Assembly: GCA_937890005.1 (NCBI GenBank)
Contig: CALBZA010000017.1
Location: 7,571 to 71,570 of the forward strand
DNA from: an uncultured Verrucomicrobia subdivision 3 bacterium
Lineage (GTDB): Bacteria; Verrucomicrobiota; Verrucomicrobiia; Limisphaerales; DASXHY01
Direction: 5' to 3'
DNA length: 64,000 bases
Positions 9,160 through 18,052 of the stretch are shown here, in pieces (positions within the stretch are counted from its first letter, which is position 1; each line of letters starts with the position of its first letter). Made by a program: the position numbers and the translations under genes. The notes under the pieces were generated by a model. It was given only the letters and a program-made list of their open reading frames with translations. It was not told the DNA's origin and did no database searches.

Positions 9160-9792
9160 GTGGAAAGTCTCGAACAGATCATAACGCGAATTGAAGCCGC
9201 CGTCCCGGGCGTGCGTTTGGAAATCGTTCCGAACGACAGCCCGTCGGGCCAGCGCTCGCTTCTCGTGGACCGCGAGCACGCTTTTGCCGCGGCGAAGTTT
9301 CTGCGCGACGAACCGTCGCTCCAATTCGACTATCTTTCGAACGCGACAGGCATCGACTGGCTGGACGCCGAGCTGACCGAGAAGATCAAGGTGAAGAAGG
9401 TGGTCGATGGCGTGGAGAAGGAAGTGGAAGAGGTGAAAAAGACGCCGCGGCCGGGTTATCTGGAAGTGGTGTATCACCTATATTCCATGAGCCTGAAACA
9501 CGGTCCGGTCATTCTTCGCGTCCGCACGCCCAATCGCACGGATGTCACATTGCCGTCGCTCACGCCGCTCTGGCGCGGAGCGGAGTTTCAGGAGCGGGAG
9601 ATATTCGATCTTTACGGAATTCAGTTTGAAGGGCACCCGGACCTGCGCCGCATTCTGATGTGGGACGAATTCAAGGATCATCCAATGCGGAAGGATTATG
9701 TTGAGCCGGATGATTTCGAATACGAACCGACGCCGCACGATGAAGTGTTGGAACGGGTCAAGGAACACCAGGCGAAAGAGGTGAAGGCATGA
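9160..9792 (+). CDS. nuoC: NADH-quinone oxidoreductase subunit C
   Basis: Contains [29 protein letters not shown], the 30-kDa subunit signature. GTG start. Confidence 0.9.
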   Translation: MESLEQIITRIEAAVPGVRLEIVPNDSPSGQRSLLVDREHAFAAAKFLRDEPSLQFDYLSNATGIDWLDAELTEKIKVKKVVDGVEKEVEEVKKTPRPGYLEVVYHLYSMSLKHGPVILRVRTPNRTDVTLPSLTPLWRGAEFQEREIFDLYGIQFEGHPDLRRILMWDEFKDHPMRKDYVEPDDFEYEPTPHDEVLERVKEHQAKEVKA

Positions 9793-10973
9793 GCGCGTCC
9801 GGTGTGGAAATCCCGTCCGATTCGACCAGGAACTACACCCTGCTGCCCGGCCGGAAGAACGGCAGCGCCGTCGATGGCGAATTGCTGGAAATTTCAATGG
9901 GCCCGCAGCATCCGTCCACGCACGGCGTGTTCCGAATGGATGTGGTGCTCGACGGCGAACGCGTGGTGAAGCTCAAGCCGGTGTTCGGCTACCTGCATCG
10001 CAACCACGAAAAGATCGCCGAGGGCACGAGTTACCTGTCTTCGATCCCATATACCGACCGGCTCGATTATTTCTGTTCGATGACGAACAACTGGGCTTAC
10101 TGCCTTTCGGTGGAAAAGCTCGCCGGACTGCAGGTTCCTGAACGCGCGGAATACCTGCGCGTCATTCTCGCCGAACTGACCCGCCTTCAGAATCACGCGT
10201 CGCTCTGCGGCTTCCTGCTCCAGGACATGGGTGCCATGGGCACGCCGCTCATGTATGCGTTCCGCGAGCGCGAAAAGGTGCTCGATCTGTTCGAATCGAT
10301 CAGCGGCGCGCGCATGATGTGCAACTTCATGCGCTTTGGCGGACTGCGCACCGATGCACCGGATGGCTGGCTCGCGCGCGTGCAGAAGCTCGTGGATGAG
10401 TTTCCATCGTTCCTCGACGAATTCGACACGCTGCTCAGCGAGAATGAAATCATCATGGCGCGCACCCAGGGTGTCGGCGTCCTGCCGCGCGAACTGGCAA
10501 TCAACGCCAGCATCACGGGCCCGATGCTCCGTGCCTGCGGCGTGAACTACGATGTGCGGAAAGTCGATAAATACGGGATTTATGACCGGTTCGATTTCCG
10601 CGTGCCGCTCGGCGAGAACGGCGATGTTTACGATCGTTACATGATGCGCGTTCTCGAAATGCGCGAATCGATCAAGATCCTGAAGCAGGCGTTGAAGGAT
10701 ATTCCTGAAGGACCGGTGATCGATCCCAAGGCGAAGCTGCGCGGGTTCCGTCCCAAGCCGGGCGAATCCTACGGCCGGATCGAAGCGCCAAAAGGCGAAC
10801 TCGGTTTTTATCTGATCAGCGACGGTTCGCCGAATCCCTATCGCTACCGCGTGCGACCGCCGAGCTTCATCAACCTGACGGTTCTTGAAGACATGTGCCT
10901 CGGTCACAATGTCGGCGACATCATCATCATCCTCGGTAGCGTGGATATCGTGTTGGGGGAAGTGGACCGATGA
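9789..10973 (+). CDS. nuoD: NADH-quinone oxidoreductase subunit D
   Basis: [13 protein letters not shown]...[11 protein letters not shown]...[10 protein letters not shown] are 49-kDa subunit signatures. ATGA overlap with nuoC. Confidence 0.95.
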   Translation: MSASGVEIPSDSTRNYTLLPGRKNGSAVDGELLEISMGPQHPSTHGVFRMDVVLDGERVVKLKPVFGYLHRNHEKIAEGTSYLSSIPYTDRLDYFCSMTNNWAYCLSVEKLAGLQVPERAEYLRVILAELTRLQNHASLCGFLLQDMGAMGTPLMYAFREREKVLDLFESISGARMMCNFMRFGGLRTDAPDGWLARVQKLVDEFPSFLDEFDTLLSENEIIMARTQGVGVLPRELAINASITGPMLRACGVNYDVRKVDKYGIYDRFDFRVPLGENGDVYDRYMMRVLEMRESIKILKQALKDIPEGPVIDPKAKLRGFRPKPGESYGRIEAPKGELGFYLISDGSPNPYRYRVRPPSFINLTVLEDMCLGHNVGDIIIILGSVDIVLGEVDR

Positions 10974-10979
10974 AGAAAC

Positions 10980-11076
10980 GTTTCAAGTTTGGTGTTTCAT
11001 GTTTCGCGTTTCGTGTTTCGAGACGCCATTGCTCAGGACAATCGGCACGAACTCCGAACTTCAAACCCGGAACTTT
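10980..11076 (+). repeat. 7-nt-periodic intergenic element (six GTTTCNN heptads, then GAACTNN heptads) ending 5 nt before the nuoI ATG
   Basis: gtttcaa gtttggt gtttcat gtttcgc gtttcgt gtttcga ... gaactcc gaacttc aaacccg gaacttt. The 19-mer at 11001-11019 is identical to the reverse complement of 49136-49154. Confidence 0.8.
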
Positions 11077-11081
11077 TTAGC

Positions 11082-11717
11082 ATGTTAGGCGAAGCAATCC
11101 TCAAAGGCATGGCGGTGACCGCCAAGAACTTCTTCGGAAGCTATGTTTCCGAGGAACGATTGCCGACCATTCAATATCCGGAAGAGCGGCAGAAGCTCCC
11201 GGAGGCGACCCGGCAGTTTCCATTTCTGGTTTACGACGGCGAAGATCCGATGAAGGGATTGCGCTGTGTGGCGTGCCAGATCTGCGAGAAGGAATGTCCG
11301 CCGAAGTGCATTTACATCGTCAAGAGCAAGGACAAGCGCGTCGATTACAAGGGCCAGCCGCAGTTTTATCCGGCCACGTTCGACATCGACATCTCGGTCT
11401 GCATGAGTTGTGGGATCTGCGCGGAGGTCTGTCCGTTTGAATCGATCAAAATGGACACCGAGTTTGAACTCGCGAATACGAACCGGTTCGGTGGATTGCT
11501 GGTGAACAAGCATCAGCTCGCCAAATCGAATGAGCATTATCGGAAAATTCATCCCAAGGACGCCGCGGAGTCCGACGCGGTGATCGCGGCAGAAAAGGCG
11601 AAGGCCGAAGCCAAGGCCAAGGCCGATGCCGAGGCAAAGGCAAAAGCTGCTGCAGCTGCCAAAGCCGCTGCCGCTGCTGCTCCGGCCAAAACTGCTCCGG
11701 CGGATGCCGCGAAATGA
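11082..11717 (+). CDS. nuoI: NADH-quinone oxidoreductase subunit I (2x[4Fe-4S]) with an Ala/Lys-rich C-terminal tail
   Basis: Two ferredoxin motifs, CVACQICEKECP and CMSCGICAEVCP. The tail reads EKAKAEAKAKADAEAKAKAAAAAKAAAAAAPAK. Confidence 0.9.
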   Translation: MLGEAILKGMAVTAKNFFGSYVSEERLPTIQYPEERQKLPEATRQFPFLVYDGEDPMKGLRCVACQICEKECPPKCIYIVKSKDKRVDYKGQPQFYPATFDIDISVCMSCGICAEVCPFESIKMDTEFELANTNRFGGLLVNKHQLAKSNEHYRKIHPKDAAESDAVIAAEKAKAEAKAKADAEAKAKAAAAAKAAAAAAPAKTAPADAAK

Positions 11718-12114
11718 GGCCGGGCATTCCAGTTTGTTTTCCGACGCACCGCGCCGAACGGACGGAAATTTGTCTCCGCCGACGTGTGTCTCAACCATGC
11801 GGTGCCCGAGCTATCGGACCACGACTCTGTGAGTTGCAGCGGCATGAATTGGTGGGCAAAGATTCAAAGAATTTCTGTCTCAGGAAGGCGAACATCGCTG
11901 CGGGTCACAGACCCGCGCTTCTCCGTTCGGCACCTCGCTCAGCAGTTTCGCGCCGCAGATGCTTCGCGCCACTTTTCTTCTGGAAATCAAAAGACGTTGC
12001 CGGTTATTTTCCGCCGTCCGCAGCGCCCTGGCTGTGTGCGGCCAATCCAATGCCGCATGGACGTGTTTCCCATCCACCTTCAAGGGCCGCGCATTTTATT
12101 GATGGGATTTGAGC

Positions 12115-13296
12115 ATGGCTGATTCGATAGATCAGATATTTGTGAACCTGAAGCACTGGCTGGTCGGCTTCGCGCCGGAGCCGTGGCAGGGCCTCGCTTC
12201 GATCGTCATCTCCATCGCCGCGCTCATGGGTGTCTTTGCAACTCTGTTCGCGGTCACCACGATTCTCGAGCGCAAGGGACTTGGTCGCATCCAGAATCGT
12301 TACGGACCCAATCGAGTCGGGCCCTTCGGTTTTCTTCAGCCGGCAGCGGATGGCATCAAGGCGTTGATCAAGGAAGACCTGGTTCCGCGCTCCGCGGACA
12401 AGGTGGTTCACTTTCTTGCGCCGCTGGTGCTGGTCATTCCTCCTTTTTTGGTGCTCTCGGTTCTTCCCATCGGCCGCAACATGACGCTTGTTGATTTCGA
12501 TGCCGGCATCCTGTTCTTCTTCTCGGTTGGCGCGATCATGGAGCTGTCGGTCTTCATGGCCGGATGGTCGAGCCGGAACAAATATTCGTTGCTCGGAGCC
12601 ATGCGCGCGATCGCGCAGATGATCAGCTACGAAATCCCGCTGATTCTCTCCAGTGTCACGGTGATCATGATCGTCGGATCACTTTCGCTGAACGAGATCG
12701 TCGCGGCACAAGGCGGTTTCAACGGCGCATTTCCGGACTGGTTCGTCTTCACGCCGTGGGGCTTTGCCGGATTTGTTCTGTTCATGATTGCGGCGACGGC
12801 GGAATCGAATCGTTCGCCATTCGATCTTCCGGAAGGCGAATCGGAAATCATCGCCGGCTATTACATCGAGTATTCCGGATTCAAGTTCGCGCTGTTCTTC
12901 CTCGGCGAATACATCGGGCTTTTTGCGGTCAGCGGGCTCGGCATCACGCTCTTTCTCGGTGGCTGGGGTGCGCCGCTCTCGTTCCTTCAATTCATCCCAT
13001 CGTGGGCGTGGTTCTTTGCGAAGCTTCTGGCATTGATCGCGGTCTTCATCTGGATTCGCGGCACGCTTCCGCGTCTGCGGCAGGATCAGCTGATGAATTT
13101 CGCGTGGAAGTTCATGCTCCCAATGACGCTTCTCAACATTGTTGCCGCGGCTGTCTGGCATTTCATGCTGCCGCTGCCGGCTGCGGCACGCTGGATCGCC
13201 TGCTCGGCGATCATCATCGGCTCCTACATTCTGCTCGGCCGGGGACTGATGGAACGCCGCAAGATTGGCCGCCGCACGTATCGATTTGCTGAATGA
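12115..13296 (+). CDS. nuoH: NADH-quinone oxidoreductase subunit H
   Basis: ERKGLGRIQNRYGPNRVGPFGFLQPAADGIK...ESNRSPFDLPEGESE is the ND1/NuoH signature. Confidence 0.95.
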   Translation: MADSIDQIFVNLKHWLVGFAPEPWQGLASIVISIAALMGVFATLFAVTTILERKGLGRIQNRYGPNRVGPFGFLQPAADGIKALIKEDLVPRSADKVVHFLAPLVLVIPPFLVLSVLPIGRNMTLVDFDAGILFFFSVGAIMELSVFMAGWSSRNKYSLLGAMRAIAQMISYEIPLILSSVTVIMIVGSLSLNEIVAAQGGFNGAFPDWFVFTPWGFAGFVLFMIAATAESNRSPFDLPEGESEIIAGYYIEYSGFKFALFFLGEYIGLFAVSGLGITLFLGGWGAPLSFLQFIPSWAWFFAKLLALIAVFIWIRGTLPRLRQDQLMNFAWKFMLPMTLLNIVAAAVWHFMLPLPAAARWIACSAIIIGSYILLGRGLMERRKIGRRTYRFAE

Positions 13297-13305
13297 ACCG
13301 ATAAC

Positions 13306-13812
13306 ATGACGATCAGTTTCGCCATCATCGCCGTTGTGATCATTGCCGCTTCCGTGGCGGCCATAACGCTGCGCCATTTGATTCACTGTTCGCTCGCGCT
13401 GGTGGTGGCATTCGCCGGACTGGCGGCTGCGTATCTTCAGCTCAACGCGCAGTTTGTCGGTTTTGCACAGCTGCTCGTTTATGTCGGAGCCGTGTCGATT
13501 CTCGTGGTATTTGCCATTCTGCTCACCCGCAGTGGCGAAAATCCGAATGAGGAGATTTTTTCGAAAACGTGGATGGCCGGCGCGGCGGTCGTGGTTGCTG
13601 TGTTGGGCGTTCTCGTATGGGCGATCACGAACAGCGAGGTTGTGAAACGCGAGCCTTCGCCCGCCACTGAAGTGACCGTCCGCGGCATCGGCGATGTTTT
13701 GATGAACCGATTCGTCCTCCCGCTCGAAGTGATCGGCCTCCTGCTGACCGCCGCTCTGATCGGCGCGGTGATCATTGCGATGAGCGACAGGCAAGAAAGG
13801 AAGATGAAGTGA
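13306..13812 (+). CDS. nuoJ: NADH-quinone oxidoreductase subunit J
   Basis: 168 aa, polytopic. FVGFAQLLVYVGAVSILVVFAILL is typical of ND6/NuoJ, and the position in the operon fits. Confidence 0.85.
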   Translation: MTISFAIIAVVIIAASVAAITLRHLIHCSLALVVAFAGLAAAYLQLNAQFVGFAQLLVYVGAVSILVVFAILLTRSGENPNEEIFSKTWMAGAAVVVAVLGVLVWAITNSEVVKREPSPATEVTVRGIGDVLMNRFVLPLEVIGLLLTAALIGAVIIAMSDRQERKMK

Positions 13813-13829
13813 ACGCCTTGAATCAAGCA

Positions 13830-13909
13830 GGGGTGAAAAGGGGAAAAGGAGCAGGGGAGAAAATACCTGCGTTTTTCTCCTTTTCTCCTTTTCTCCCTTT
13901 CTCCTTTTC
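13830..13909 (+). repeat. Homopurine / homopyrimidine imperfect inverted repeat (long hairpin or H-DNA-prone tract) between nuoJ and nuoK
   Basis: The purine arm is ggggtgaaaaggggaaaaggagcaggggagaaaa. The loop is tacctgcg. The pyrimidine arm is tttttctccttttctccttttctccctttctcctttt. Confidence 0.75.
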
Positions 13910-13930
13910 AAAAGGGAAAGGATCGAGCGT

Positions 13931-14245
13931 ATGAGCAACCCGCTTGTCGGCTACCTCCTCCTCTCCGCCTTCCTCTTCGCCATCGGCATGGCCGGTGCCC
14001 TGACGCGGCGGAACGCGATCCTGGTCCTGGTCGGCATCGAGCTGATGCTGAATGCGGCGAACCTGAACTTCATCGCGTTCTGGCGGTTTGGACCGAATCC
14101 GGAGGCGCTGACCGGTGTCATGTTCGTGATCTTTTCGATCGGACTTGCCGCTGCGGAAGCGGCGGTTGGACTGGCGCTGATCATCGCGATTTACCGGCAT
14201 TACAAGACCACGAGCGTGGACGAGATGGATCAATTGAAGGGATGA
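13931..14245 (+). CDS. nuoK: NADH-quinone oxidoreductase subunit K
   Basis: 104 aa with three TM segments. Contains LVLVGIELMLNAANLNFIAF and AAAEAAVGLALIIA, the ND4L signature. Confidence 0.9.
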   Translation: MSNPLVGYLLLSAFLFAIGMAGALTRRNAILVLVGIELMLNAANLNFIAFWRFGPNPEALTGVMFVIFSIGLAAAEAAVGLALIIAIYRHYKTTSVDEMDQLKG

Positions 14246-14306
14246 AGCCGGTTTCTGAAATGTTTTGTCTGCCTCCGCGGCGCAGCGTTGCCGCGGTGTT
14301 AACTGC

Positions 14307-16421
14307 ATGAGTTGGATTGTTAAAAATCTTTGGCTGATTCCCGCGCTGCCGGTTCTGGCGGCGGGATTGAGCGCGCTCGCACCGCAGCGTTGCCGGAAGT
14401 TTTCGGCCGGGCTGGCGATTGGCTCAATGATCGGCGCCTTTCTGCTGTCTCTGTGCGCGTTTGCAAACGTGCTGGGACACCACGGTCACGGCGAGGAAGC
14501 ACGGCAGGTTTTCAACGTCACCTGGTTTCAGTTCGCCGAGGGAAGCGCGGGTGCTCTTCAGCTGGGATGGATCGTCGATCCGCTCACAACGGTGATGCTG
14601 GTGATGGTCACGTTCGTTGGAACGTTGATCTTCATCTACAGCGTCGGCTACATGGCGCACGACCAGAACTTCACGCGATTCTTCACGTTCCTTGCGCTGT
14701 TCGCCGGGGGAATGCTGGGAGTCGTCATCGCCAACAGCCTGCTGCTGCTGTTCATCTCGTGGGAAATTGTCGGGCTGACCTCCTATCTGCTCATTGGTTT
14801 CTGGTATCACAAACCGACCGCCGCCGCCGCGGCAAAGAAGGCGTTCATCACCACACGCATTGGCGACGTCGCTTTCCTGCTCGGAATGGTCTGGCTGTAT
14901 TCGCAAACCGGAACGCTGTTGTTCTACACCGAAGAGGGCACCGGCTGCATGCAGCAGGCGGCGCTGACAAAGCTGGTGGCGCAGACGACCGGAGTTGGAA
15001 TGGCTGTTTCCACTGCGATTGGGCTGCTGATCTTTTTTGGCGCTGTCGGTAAATCCGGTCAGGTGCCGTTGCATGTCTGGCTGCCGGACGCGATGGAAGG
15101 TCCCACGCCTGTCAGCGCACTGATTCATGCTGCGACCATGGTGGCCGCGGGCGTGTTTTTGGTGGCGCGGGTGTATCCGCTGATGAGTGTCGTTCCGGAA
15201 GGATCGACGGCCACACCGGTGGCGCTTCAGGTGGTCACGTGGATTGGTGCCATCACCGCCATCTTTGCCGCCTCAATCGCTGTGGCTCAGAACGACATCA
15301 AACGCATTCTCGCATACTCCACCGTTTCGCAGCTTGGTTACATGATGATGGGTCTCGGCGTTGGCGGGGTGGCGGTTGCGATGTTCCATCTCATCACACA
15401 CGCGTTCTTCAAGGCGCTGCTGTTCATGGGCGCGGGCTCGGTGATTCATGGCTGTCACGAAGAACAGGACATCCGGCGCATGGGCGGCGTGAAGAAATAC
15501 ATGCCCATTACATTCATCACTTACGCCATCGGCATGCTGGCGCTCGCCGGATTCCCGGTGTTGTTCTCCGGATTCTGGAGCAAGGACGAAATCCTGCACG
15601 CGGCGCACGGATGGCCGGTGTCGCACGTTCCATTCTATCTTGGAATTGCCGGCGCGCTGCTGACGGCGTTTTACATGACACGGCAGGTCGTGCTGGTTTT
15701 CTTTGGCAGTTATCGCGGCGGACACGATCACAATCATTCTCGTTCCGTATCCAAATCTCATGGCAAGAAAGCGGAGTCTTCACACTCCGCTTCCGAACCG
15801 CATGAAAGTCCTCTCGTGATGACAGCGCCGCTCATGATTCTTGCGGCGTTTGCCATTTTATTGGGCTTCATCGGAACGCCCACATGGCCGTGGTTCCAGA
15901 CGTTTCTCGGTACGCATCATGAGGGCGGCGGGTTCACGAAGGATGTCGTTTCACTGATGATTATTTCTTCCGCAATCGTCTTCGCCGGTCTTGGCCTTGG
16001 CTGGTGGTTCTATGGCCGCAAGCCGATTGCGAAGGCGGATCAGCCTGATGTTCTCGAAACGCTGCGTCCCGACATCTACAAGGTTCTCGAAAACAAGTAT
16101 TGGATCGACGAGCTGTACGAGAAGTCGGTGATCGCCTTCAATGCCTGGTTCGCGAAGGTGTGCGACTTCCTCGACACCTGGATCTGGAGCGGACTGGTGC
16201 ATCTGGTTTCTTACGTCGTGATCGGTTTTTCCTGGGTGAATCGCGTGATCGACGAATACGTGGTGAACCTCGGCTTTGACCAGGGCTGCAAACGGATCTC
16301 GCTGGGCGGCGGATTTTTCTCCCGGCTGCAGGATGGGCGGATTCAGGGTTACCTGCGGGCGATCGGAATCGCGCTCGTGCTGCTGGTCATCTGGCTGATC
16401 TGGGGAGGAAGCGGTTCATGA
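14307..16421 (+). CDS. nuoL: NADH-quinone oxidoreductase subunit L (704 aa, longer than typical)
   Basis: Contains FISWEIVGLTSYLLIGFWYHKPTAAAAAKKAFITTRIGD, the ND5/NuoL signature, and a C-terminal amphipathic region. Start taken at MSWIVKNLW. Confidence 0.9.
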   Translation: MSWIVKNLWLIPALPVLAAGLSALAPQRCRKFSAGLAIGSMIGAFLLSLCAFANVLGHHGHGEEARQVFNVTWFQFAEGSAGALQLGWIVDPLTTVMLVMVTFVGTLIFIYSVGYMAHDQNFTRFFTFLALFAGGMLGVVIANSLLLLFISWEIVGLTSYLLIGFWYHKPTAAAAAKKAFITTRIGDVAFLLGMVWLYSQTGTLLFYTEEGTGCMQQAALTKLVAQTTGVGMAVSTAIGLLIFFGAVGKSGQVPLHVWLPDAMEGPTPVSALIHAATMVAAGVFLVARVYPLMSVVPEGSTATPVALQVVTWIGAITAIFAASIAVAQNDIKRILAYSTVSQLGYMMMGLGVGGVAVAMFHLITHAFFKALLFMGAGSVIHGCHEEQDIRRMGGVKKYMPITFITYAIGMLALAGFPVLFSGFWSKDEILHAAHGWPVSHVPFYLGIAGALLTAFYMTRQVVLVFFGSYRGGHDHNHSRSVSKSHGKKAESSHSASEPHESPLVMTAPLMILAAFAILLGFIGTPTWPWFQTFLGTHHEGGGFTKDVVSLMIISSAIVFAGLGLGWWFYGRKPIAKADQPDVLETLRPDIYKVLENKYWIDELYEKSVIAFNAWFAKVCDFLDTWIWSGLVHLVSYVVIGFSWVNRVIDEYVVNLGFDQGCKRISLGGGFFSRLQDGRIQGYLRAIGIALVLLVIWLIWGGSGS

Positions 16422-17977
16422 ACGGTCTGCCACTCATCACATTGCTTACCCTGCTGCCGATCGTTGCCGGCTTGCTGGTCATTGGAATCGGAAGCGAAAA
16501 CCGGAAGGTCGGACGCAATCTGGCTTTTGGAACGGGCCTTCTGACATTTGTCATCACACTATGGCTGTGGAAATCGTTCGACGCTTCCTCCGGCGCATTG
16601 CAGTTCGAGGAAAAGCATCTCTGGATTCCGACGCTCGGCATTGAATACCGCGTCGCGGCGGACGGCCTCAGCCTGCTGATGCTGGTGCTGACGGCGATGG
16701 TCACGCTGCTGTCGATGCTTGCTTCCTGGCGGATGGATGACCGGTCGCATCTGTATTATGGACTGGTGCTGTTTCTTCAGGGCGGACTCTTTGGAACTTT
16801 CACCGCACTGAATTTCTTCCACTGGTTCCTGTTCTGGGAACTGAGTCTGATCCCGGCGTTTTTCCTTGTTCGATTGTGGGGCGGACCTCAACGCGCCGCG
16901 GCATCGACGCAGTTCTTTGTTTACACGATGGTCGGCAGCATCGGGATGTTGCTCGCGTTTCTCGCAATCTTTTTGGCGACGGGACATGTCTCTGATTTCA
17001 CGGCATTGGCTGAACTGGCGCGCAAAGGTGAAATTGCCTCGGCCATTTCATCCGATCTCACCTGGACCGGGCTGAGCGGAAAAGCACTGGTCGGAATCAT
17101 CTTCCTGGGCGCGCTGCTTGGATTTGCAGTCAAGGTGCCGTTGATGCCGTTCCACACGTGGCTGCCTGCGACCTACACCGAAGCGCCGTCGGCGACGACG
17201 ATGCTGCTGACCGGTGTGATGTCGAAGATGGGCGTTTATGGTTTCCTGCGAATTCTGCTGCCGATCTTCCCGGCGGAAATTCAACAATACCGGACTCCGC
17301 TGCTTGTGCTGGCGGTGATCACGATTGTGTTCTCCGCGTGCGCTGCCTTCGCGCAACGCGACCTGAAGCGCATCCTCGCTTATTCTTCAATCAACCATCT
17401 CGGCTATTGCCTGCTGGCGATGTTCGCAGTCGCGACGGGTTCGACAACATCTCCGGCGCCGGACGTGGAACGCGCGGCTGCATTGAACGGCGTGTTGCTC
17501 CAGATGTTCAATCACGGCCTGACGGCGGCGACGTTGTTCTGGTTCGTGAGCCTGATCGAACAGCGCAGCGGCGGTTTGCGTGGACTGAATGATTTTGGCG
17601 GCTTGCGGAAAGTGGCGCCGGTCTTCTGCGGACTGATGGGGATTGCTCTGTTCTCGTCGCTCGGACTGCCCGGCCTGAATGGATTCATCGGCGAATTCCT
17701 GATCTTCAAGGGTGTATTCCCGCTGGCGATGTGTTCCGCTTCGGTCTCGGTGATTGGCCTGCTTGTCACGGCGATTTTCATCCTGACGATTTTGCAGCGG
17801 GTCTTCAACGGACCGTTGAATGAGAAATGGACCGGTTTTCCGGACCTGACGACGTCCGAGCGCGTGCTGCTGGCGATACCGATTGCCTTGATGTTTGTGC
17901 TGGGCGTTTACCCGCAGCTGGTGCTCGGAACGATCAACGCCACTGTGGTGCAGCTGGTGAAGCAACTGCCGTTTTGA
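16418..17977 (+). CDS. nuoM: NADH-quinone oxidoreductase subunit M (copy 1)
   Basis: LGIEYRVAADGLSLLMLVLT...FLFWELSLIPAFFLVRLWGG...HTWLP are ND4/NuoM signatures. ATGA overlap with nuoL. Confidence 0.9.
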   Translation: MNGLPLITLLTLLPIVAGLLVIGIGSENRKVGRNLAFGTGLLTFVITLWLWKSFDASSGALQFEEKHLWIPTLGIEYRVAADGLSLLMLVLTAMVTLLSMLASWRMDDRSHLYYGLVLFLQGGLFGTFTALNFFHWFLFWELSLIPAFFLVRLWGGPQRAAASTQFFVYTMVGSIGMLLAFLAIFLATGHVSDFTALAELARKGEIASAISSDLTWTGLSGKALVGIIFLGALLGFAVKVPLMPFHTWLPATYTEAPSATTMLLTGVMSKMGVYGFLRILLPIFPAEIQQYRTPLLVLAVITIVFSACAAFAQRDLKRILAYSSINHLGYCLLAMFAVATGSTTSPAPDVERAAALNGVLLQMFNHGLTAATLFWFVSLIEQRSGGLRGLNDFGGLRKVAPVFCGLMGIALFSSLGLPGLNGFIGEFLIFKGVFPLAMCSASVSVIGLLVTAIFILTILQRVFNGPLNEKWTGFPDLTTSERVLLAIPIALMFVLGVYPQLVLGTINATVVQLVKQLPF

Positions 17978-18052
17978 TGCGCCGATGAACACGAGACGAA
18001 ACAATTTGTGGGATGCGACCAGAACACGGTTTGCGCAATCCGCAATCTGAAG

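Noticed and set aside
11714-12112. 132-aa ORF filling the nuoI-nuoH gap
   Set aside because: The composition (RRRVSQPCGARAIGPRL..., AAGHRPALLRSAP) is typical of translated REP-like or hairpin DNA. It has no start context and no motifs, so it was treated as non-coding.
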